A stretch of DNA of 64,000 nucleotides. Source: Vitrella brassicaformis CCMP3155. Its lineage: Eukaryota > Protista > Chromerida. Shown here one piece after another: positions 56,532 through 64,000 of this stretch. Position 1 is the stretch's first letter; the number at the start of each line of letters is the position of its first letter. The notes below the pieces were generated by a model. That model did no database searches. It saw nothing but the letters and a program-made list of their open reading frames with translations, and was not told the origin of the DNA. Location: contig CDMY01000234.1 of assembly GCA_001179505.1 (NCBI GenBank), positions 62,001 to 126,000 of the forward strand, read 5' to 3'. Made by a program: the position numbers and the translations under genes.

Positions 56532-57771
56532 ATGGGCAATACCCTCGCTGCATTCGCGCCAACTCAGCCACTCCCTCATCATCGCCCTCCCTTCGTCAGA
56601 CCTCTCGTTCAGCCTCTCGCCCGACGGAGGCCCGTGCGGCGCACCGACGCTCCCATCGCATGTGCAGCCTCTCTGGAAGAGCATGAGTGGCGGAGATCTG
56701 CCCGGCGCCACCGAAGGGACGTGCTGGGACTGCTAGGGATGGAGAACGAAGGCGACGAGGTGTCTGTGAAGCTGCACCACGACCCAGCCCATCCCATCTT
56801 CAACTTCATTCTGGAGTATTACGGCTTCAACCACGCTGATCTGCATCGCTACTCGCCTGGCTCGTGCATCTTCCTCCAGGGCGCTCTGGCGGACGATCCC
56901 AGGCTGCACAGAAAAGCATTCGTGGCGGCCGAGGGCGGCGGGTTCTTCGACCCTGGCCTCATCCCAGAGAAGCGCTTGGCGTGGTTCAAGTGGATTGCGG
57001 AGCTGCTGCGGGTGACAATGGACCGTGAGCCGTCATTCAAGTGCTTTGGTTGGAGGACACAAGGCGTGGATGAGAGGGGGAAGGCATGGTTGGGTGTCTG
57101 TCTGCTTGTGCGCAGGTCTTCACGAGTGGGCGATGCTGTATCGCCCGGCTGCAGATGAGGACGCGCCTGTCAGCCGGTTCCAACAACTGCGACTGCGACT
57201 CAGCCAACAAGAGCTCAACATGGTAGGTGCTAAAGTGACCCGCCCCAACACAACACAACACAACACAGACATCACAATGCCGATGTGTCCATGCTCTGTG
57301 TGGGCGCAGGTCGTTGAGGCCGGCCTGCTTTCGTGCACTCACTATGACGCCTCGCGCCACTTCCCACACTCCGCCCTCCCCCTCAACGCCATCCAGCCGC
57401 CGCCATCCAAGTCAAGACGGCTCAATTTGGAACAACCTGGGTGCGTCCACACCAACATGGACCTCTTCAAGTGGGCCGTCAAGGCCGTCCCATTCATCCC
57501 CAGCGACATCGTCCGGGAGGCCCTCAGCATTGCCATCGAGGCGCGGGTCCTGGACATGCGTGCGAGTCCGTATGACCTGACCAAGGTGTCTCTGCAAAGG
57601 GGCTCGGCGGACTTTGATGCATCGCCTGTGAGGGTGGAGACGGCTGGAGGGCGGGAAGACTATCAGCTGATGCAGTGGGCGATACATCGGAGGGCGAAGC
57701 CTCTTCGCGAGCGGCTGCTACACCATTACGAGAAGATGCTGACCGACGCTGCTGGGCGGAGGAGGCCGTGA
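56532..57771 (+). CDS. Conserved uncharacterised protein of the family commonly labelled '3-methyladenine DNA glycosylase' in actinobacterial annotations; Arg-rich N-terminal extension
   Basis: HPIFNFILEYY, SFKCFG|LHEWAMLYR, LRLRL, CTHYDA, LEQPGCVHTNMDLFKWA, RVLDMRASPYDL, PVRVETAGGR..Y..Q..R.KPLRERLL. Confidence 0.8.
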
Positions 57772-58835
57772 TTGATGTGTCTATTGAGTGGTCGGAAGAT
57801 GTGTGTTTGCTATATTGAAGCTGCGTGGAGAGTGTCGATATCAGCGTGGCAGCTGCATGCACGTGAGTGAGATGGACGGAGGCGATGGGACCAGGTTGAC
57901 CGACAGATTCATTCAGGCTGTGCATAGTACATTGTTGCGATGTCCTCGATCCCCACTTTATTGGCAAAGAAGAAGAGGTATGATTCAGTAATGGCTGAAT
58001 GCAGCCACTCGACGAGTTACAGTAGTCACCTCTCAATTTGGTGGACTGGGCGGGCGGCATGTGACACGCAGCTATCAAATCACACCTCACAAATGGATCC
58101 ATTCATTCGTTCGCCTGCACTGCCGGTCGGTGCATGTCTGCCCACACGCACATGTACTAGTACTCAACACAACACATCTCACACACGTGTGTCACAGCAA
58201 CACTAGAGTGACCGAGATAGAGGCTAACAGAGATCCGTGGCGAGAATTCGCCTTCTCGACGAGACGCGTGGATTATTCCCGCCATTCCATTTTCCGCATC
58301 GGCTCAAGCTCATGGCCGTTACAACAGCCGTCGGCGCAGGTGCGGCAAGCTTTGCCCGTCGGCCAGTGAAAGCAATCGGCTTCAAGCGGCGCGCGATATG
58401 GCTGCGCTGACCGTATTGCTGAAAGTGTGTGCATGCGAGCGATGCTGGAAGTGGCGGCCGGTATGTGAGATCGCCACAGACGGTGGCTGGCCCGCGGACG
58501 AGGGCGATTCGGTATGAGAAACCACGCTTTCACTCTGCCCTTCTCTCTCTCAGTGCACGTCCCTTCATGTACATGTGTGTGCCAGGCAAGCGATCGAAGA
58601 AGCGAAGCGCAGGGGGGCCAAGCTCTCATTGCCCACGGCCAAGGCCGCCAAGGGCCGCCTCAGCCATCAACAAAGCCGAACCCTACAAGAAGGTAGACGA
58701 CGACGTGAGCAAGCCAGACGTCCATCCTCCCCTTGCTCATCCACCCACACACATGGATGCACGCATACACGCACCTCCGTGTGTGTGTGTGCGTGTGTGT
58801 GTAGAGGAGTACCTGCCGACACACGGGGGGATCTG

Positions 58836-60510
58836 CATTTGCGAGCTTGGCTGAAAATTTTTGTGGCGAGAATGGCGGCGAGATTTCAGATCATAGCCGT
58901 CTCCGAGACAGATTTGTGAGAATAAGGGACATCAAACAGTTTCCGAGCCGGCTGTCCTCATTTCTCACTGTTTGCCTCACATCTCCCTCGTTTCTTTTCA
59001 TTTTTCGGCGGGAGTGGTCGGGCGCCACCCGCCCGAGGCCCACGCAGCCCACCCTGCTCCCCGTTTGCGAGTCCACCTGACCGCCCCTGAACCTCCCGTC
59101 AGACGCTGACATGCCCCTGATGCGCATGTTGCATCCCATTTCCTCTTTCCGTCCCTCCCGGCGCAATGTAGTCGTCTGCCTGGCTTTCCCAAGGCACCCA
59201 CTACTGCATCCGCCGTCTGCAAGGTCCCCAAGTACAGCGCCGGGGCGACCGATGATGCAGACCCGTCGTCATTCTTCTGGGTCTTCGAGGCCAAGGCGCC
59301 GCACGGCGAGGGGTTCAGACGGCGTCTGGCCAACGACACGCGAGCGCTGCTGGGCGAGGAGGTGCCCATCGAGTACATGTCGGAGGAGCAGGCTGAGGGA
59401 ACACACCTACCACGGCTGCCTAACCCACCGGTCACGAACCTTGACCGGACGCATCCATCCATCCATCCATCTATCTTGTGTGTGTGTGTGTGTGTGTGTG
59501 TGTCTGTGTGTATGTGTGTGCAGGGGGCACTTGCGGCTGCGGCTGCTGCTGCTGCTGATGGTGGTGGTGATGATGATGATGACGATGGCAACGAGGATGA
59601 AGTCGAGGACGAGGAGGAGGTCAGAGGAGAGAGATGGGATGGGATGGGATGCCACACACATACGCTCTTGCGTGCGTCGTGTGTGTCAATGTGTGTGGGT
59701 AAATGGGCGTGTGTGTTTGGCGGCAGGATAACGACGACGAATACGAGGACGAGACTTCCAAGAAATCCAAGGTCAGCCAGACACCTCACGCACAAAACAA
59801 TGCACCCGTGACATCCCCCTCCCTCTCTGTGTGTTGAATGAATCAGACGGCAAAGGCCAAGCGCACCGATGACCCAGGTTACTGCCGACTCAGAAAGAAC
59901 TGATGCTTGCAGCAATGAGAGACATGCACACGTGTGTGTGTTTGTGTGAAAGAGTGGAAGCCCAAATGCCGCGGCCCACAAACCAAGGGCCCCCGCAAGC
60001 ACTCTAAAGCGAGAGTATTTCATTTTGTATTTTGTGAGACTGCAGTCTTTGCAGCTATCTGTGTGTATTGTCTATGTGTGTTCGCAGTATCAGAGTGGTA
60101 AATCGGGAGTGCTCTACCACGAGAAAGACAACGCCTGGATCGCCAAGTGGACCGAGAGGGGCCGGTACCGCTACAAGTCGTTCTGCATCAATTCACTTGG
60201 GTTTGCCGACGCGCTGGTCAGTTTGCCAACAACACAGCCCACGTGATAGAGATGCAAGCCGGCCTCTGCAACTTGCGTGCCTCTTCTCTGTGATCAGTTC
60301 GCTGACGATGACGATGAGGATGTCGACGAGGACCAAGACGGGGACGAGGAGAGTGAGGAGGTCAGAAAGAAAGAACGAGAGAGATGGGATGCCACATACA
60401 TGCGCTCTTGCACGCATCGTGTGTGTTGATGCATGCACATGTGACATTTCATTTCCTCTTTCCGTCCCTCCCGGTGCAGCCGGCTGAAAACGAGGATCCA
60501 GAAGGTATGC
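58836..60510 (+). CDS. AP2-domain gene copy C (paralog of copy A), AP2 exon 60088-60216, followed by TOP2-CTD-type acidic exons
   Basis: 58836-~60030 aligns with 47129-~48330. AP2 exon YQSGKSGVLYHEKDNAWIAKWTERGRYRYKSFCINSLGFADAL. 60295-60510 matches 50830-51070. Confidence 0.7.
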
Positions 60511-60599
60511 GCCCATCCGTGGATGTGTTTTGGCGCGTGCGACCAACTCAGTGCTAAAATCGCACCCAATAACATCACCTGGTGCACGGGTTTCTGGCC

Positions 60600-61758
60600 A
60601 ACCAGAGTCGGGTTATTTCGGTGGCAGCAAATACATCGAAGCTCATGAGGTGGAGGTGCTGCATGCGCTGTCGACACGAGCCACGGAGCCCGAAGAACCT
60701 ATCACAACGACAGTCGCACCTGCATCGACGACAAACGGCTCTGCGTCACCGCTGAATGGCTCGTCCCTGTCAGCATCAGAATATGAGGGCCTCCGTGGCC
60801 TCCTGGGTGACAACAAGAACCTGACTTCGATCTACCGGTATGGCTGTCGGTCCAGACGGGTGCAGCCATCTAGGCCACAGACACGCGTGTGTATATGATG
60901 GCTGTGTGTCTGTGTGTCTGATTCGCCGGACTTGTGTATGTGTGTGGCTGGCAGGTCGTCTGTGCACACTGATCTGCTCGGCCGCTTGCGCGCGACACGT
61001 GGTGATTGGTCGGGCGGCCGTGGGTGGCCCTGGTGATGAGACGTGAGACACACAGCTCTCTTGGATGGACTCCGCTTTGCCGTCTCGTGTATGCCTCAGC
61101 TGGGTGGTCTGGCTGGTCTGGCACATACACCCACTGGGTGTTCCTTGTCCGCAACGCCCCGTACGTGTTCGGCGCCTATATCAGAGACCACAAATATACA
61201 GGCGTCGTAGACTCTATCTTGGACGGCCAAAGTAGCGAAGGATATTTCGAGCTTGGGGAAGATGATATGTGGCACTTCTCACTGGCGGGCCACTTCGATG
61301 GGCCGACAAAAATTCGCCCACCACTTTGGGTCGAAAACTACGGCACGGCCTACTTGGGAGTTGATACTAGACAAGTTAACATTCAGCTAACGGTGCGCTG
61401 GGAAACATCAACCTGCAGTGGGTTGAGCTTTACTGTTGGTGAGAAAGGACATGAAGGGTATGGGACGGACATCGATTATTCTTGTTTGCGGGGTGATTCT
61501 GCCGATGTTCGCCGAAGCCAATTTAGCATCCATCGTAAGCGTGTGCCTGAGGACTACAAGGGGGTGAGGAGCGACTTGGGCGATGCTTATCTTGGCGGCG
61601 CGCTCGCCTTCACGGCTGATGAGGTGGAGGTGCTGTATTTGCTGGAGGAGGACCCTTTACCTGCACTGGATAGCAGTGGGGGGACAAGTATGAAGGGGTG
61701 GTCACTGTGGGGCGGGGTGATGATGGCGATGCTCATCTGCCAGTGGGTGGCCATGTGA
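60600..61758 (+). CDS. TLDc-like domain protein (end of one repeat + one full repeat) with hydrophobic C-terminus
   Basis: YFGGSKYIEAHEVEVL; SLSASEYEGLRGLLG..LTSIYR; YVFGAYI; WHFSLAGHFDGPTKI; VPEDYKG..LGGALAFTADEVEVL; tail WSLWGGVMMAMLICQWVAM*. No own start codon located. Confidence 0.55.
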
Positions 61759-64000
61759 ATGTTACAAGCCGTGTTTTCAGCGGTCAGGCGTTTGCAAGTG
61801 TGTGCTGAGGGAGGGTGTGACCCGAGTGCTGTTTAATGAGATGATGGTCGTTGGCCTCGTTCATGTGTGTGTGTACCGGTTGTTTGTGAAGCAAGTCGAG
61901 AAAGAAATACCGAAATACCTGTGCGCAGGTATACTGGGCGGGGCGTCTGTGTGTGGCCAAGAGAGCTGCACGTGTGTGTGTGTGTGTTGGCTGATGTCGT
62001 GAGCCATGATGGGACAGAGGTCACGTCATGCTCGCCTTATGCTCCTTCACGTGTGTCGCGTTTGTGAGGCCGTGATGTCTTTCCTGCCTGTTTGAAGTGG
62101 GTAGGACGTGTCTGTATGATAAGTAGACAGACTCACTCGCGTGAGTATCGTGACAGTGTGACAGTCAGTCTGTAAGTGCGCTAATTGGTTGATCGCATTG
62201 ATGTCGAGAGCCGTGCACGCAGCACCGCACACGAGTGTTTGTGTCCCCCACTCTCTCACTCATTCACTCACTGACCCCCTTGCTCACACGTACGAGAGAC
62301 AGACAACAGTGTGTCCGGCCATCCATCCCTCTCTCATCCCACTCATCATCCTTCCTCTTGTTCTGTTTTGTTGGCAGCCAGCTACCGAATCAGATGATGG
62401 AGACAGACAGCACGGATAAACACACGTACACTGACGCGACACACATGGATTCACATCACTCCCCGGTCCTCTCTCTCCTCTCCTCTCCTCTCTGTCTCTC
62501 CTCTCTCTGTCAGCAGTGGTGGCAGCAAATGGTCCGCATCGCATTCAGGCATGCAGACAGACAGACAAGACATGATGGGCACGGGCACGGCAGCATTCAC
62601 ACGCATCACAGCACATCGCATCACACACATGAATCAGTCCACCGATAGATCAATTGGCCTGGAAGATCTAAAAATAGCTCGGTCATTTCATTGGATGGAG
62701 TGGGCAGCCCTGCCAGCCGTCCCTCCCTCCCTCCCTCCACAGTCAGTCAGTCGGTCAGTCATGACACACACATGCACATGCACACGCACATTTCGATGAA
62801 TGAATGGCACGCAGACGACAGCCAGGCAGACAGGCAGGCATACACACGGGGGGCGGTGGGCGGGCAAATCCGCTTGGTACGCAAGAAAGAGACACCAGTC
62901 AACACCAAAAAACTTTCCTATGCTTGCCTTGCCCCCATCCATCCGTCCATCCATCCATCCATCCATTCATCCATTCACCTGGCAGGCACCCATTCGCGCA
63001 GCCGCCGTCACACCACGCCACCCACACCCATGACAGACACCCATGGCCACCATCCATCCATCTCATCTCATCTCTCCTCTTTGAGCAGCCCATCTCACTT
63101 CATTCATCCATCCATTCCATTGCATGGCAGGGGGTCAGGAAGGGCACGCAGCGATCGATTGAGGCCGGCCGGCCGGCAGGCAGGCAGGCAGGACAGGAAA
63201 AATACCCTTGGTCGGAAGGCTTGCTTGGTGTAGCTCGCTTACTTTTCGGTGTCAATCAGTCAACCAAATCGATCAGCCAAGAAGCAGCAGAAGGAGAAGG
63301 AGAAAGAGCGATGGTCCTATCTCTATCTATCTGTTAGGCTACGTAGCAGCCAGTTAGTGGTGCCGCGCGTGGATGGATGTGTCAGTCAGTAGTCATGTGC
63401 TCACAGAGATGGGATGGAGAGAGATGTCAGCAAGAGAGAGAGGGGGAGTGGAGCGAGTAAGCTCTCCCTACCAAGTCCATCCATCCATCCATCCACGTGT
63501 GCTGTGCTTTGCTGTGGTGTGTGTTTGTGAGGTGTGTAGACCACAATGGTGAAAAAGCCTCGAGTGAAAAAGACCGTACACAGAGACAGACAGGTAGACA
63601 GGCAGACAGAAAATTGAAGGAGGAGGCAATCAACCAACAACAGGCAGGCAGACAGAAAGGCGCCACACGTAAAAATCCTTCCTTTGTCGGTCCATCCATC
63701 CATCCGTCCACAAATGCTGCTATGCTGCTGCTGTCCGCCTACCGGCCACCATACACACATTACTTACTTACTCACTTAAACCCTCCGCCGTAGGTATAGG
63801 TAGGTAGCTATGTAGCTCGTCACTGACTGCAAAAAGAAGAAGAGACCATGGCATGGCTGACGTAGGCAGGCAGGCAGGCAGGGAGGGAGGCATCTTTCGC
63901 GGAGGGGAGTGAGTCAAGTGGGTGGCAGGGGGGGGTGGGTGGGAGGGGGAACAGAGAGGAAGAGGGCGAAGGGAAGAGAACTCGTAAGTAAGTAAGATAT

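Noticed and set aside
56391-56711. Minus-strand ORF as an upstream exon of the NYN-AP2 gene
   Set aside because: An in-frame TAA at 56391 precedes the MEDLRAIIER start and the ORF overlaps the plus-strand gene; treated as UTR/promoter, although part of it is duplicated at 52018-52085.
61800-64000. Short ORFs in the last 2.2 kb
   Set aside because: Dominated by GGAT/GGCA/CAGA microsatellites; no protein-like exon chain found.
1-64000. tRNA, rRNA or other structured RNA genes
   Set aside because: None recognisable by eye; tRNAscan-SE/Infernal would be needed to exclude them.

Overview
A eukaryotic, intron-rich, GC-rich window. Introns are packed with (CA)n, (GA)n, (GGAT)n, (GGCA)n and (CAGA)n microsatellites. 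These introns, ApiAP2-type AP2 exons and bipartite signal+transit peptides point to a chromerid alveolate, probably Vitrella brassicaformis (inference). Exon chains were assembled by eye from GT/AG sites and frame continuity, so gene ends are approximate. 1-38.2 kb is compact host sequence, mostly head-to-head gene pairs: a membrane protein, a plastid-type DUF4336 protein, a coiled-coil protein, a membrane-anchored S28 peptidase, a NEK-like kinase, a plastid-type HI0933/BaiN flavoprotein, MEMO1, an Sfi1-like protein, KIF9 and 1-Cys peroxiredoxin. It also holds a secreted protein with what looks like a complete zona pellucida module (ZP-N + ZP-C + basic cleavage site), a module normally regarded as animal-specific. 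39-62 kb is unstable: a higher-order satellite, an ankyrin gene, a Ty1/copia remnant, a 1.2-kb duplication, and a mosaic of three AP2-domain exons shuffled with a topoisomerase II 3' fragment, a degenerate NYN-like domain and a TLDc-like module. Four 300-N gaps: 18288-18587, 31640-31939, 43261-43560, 45625-45924.
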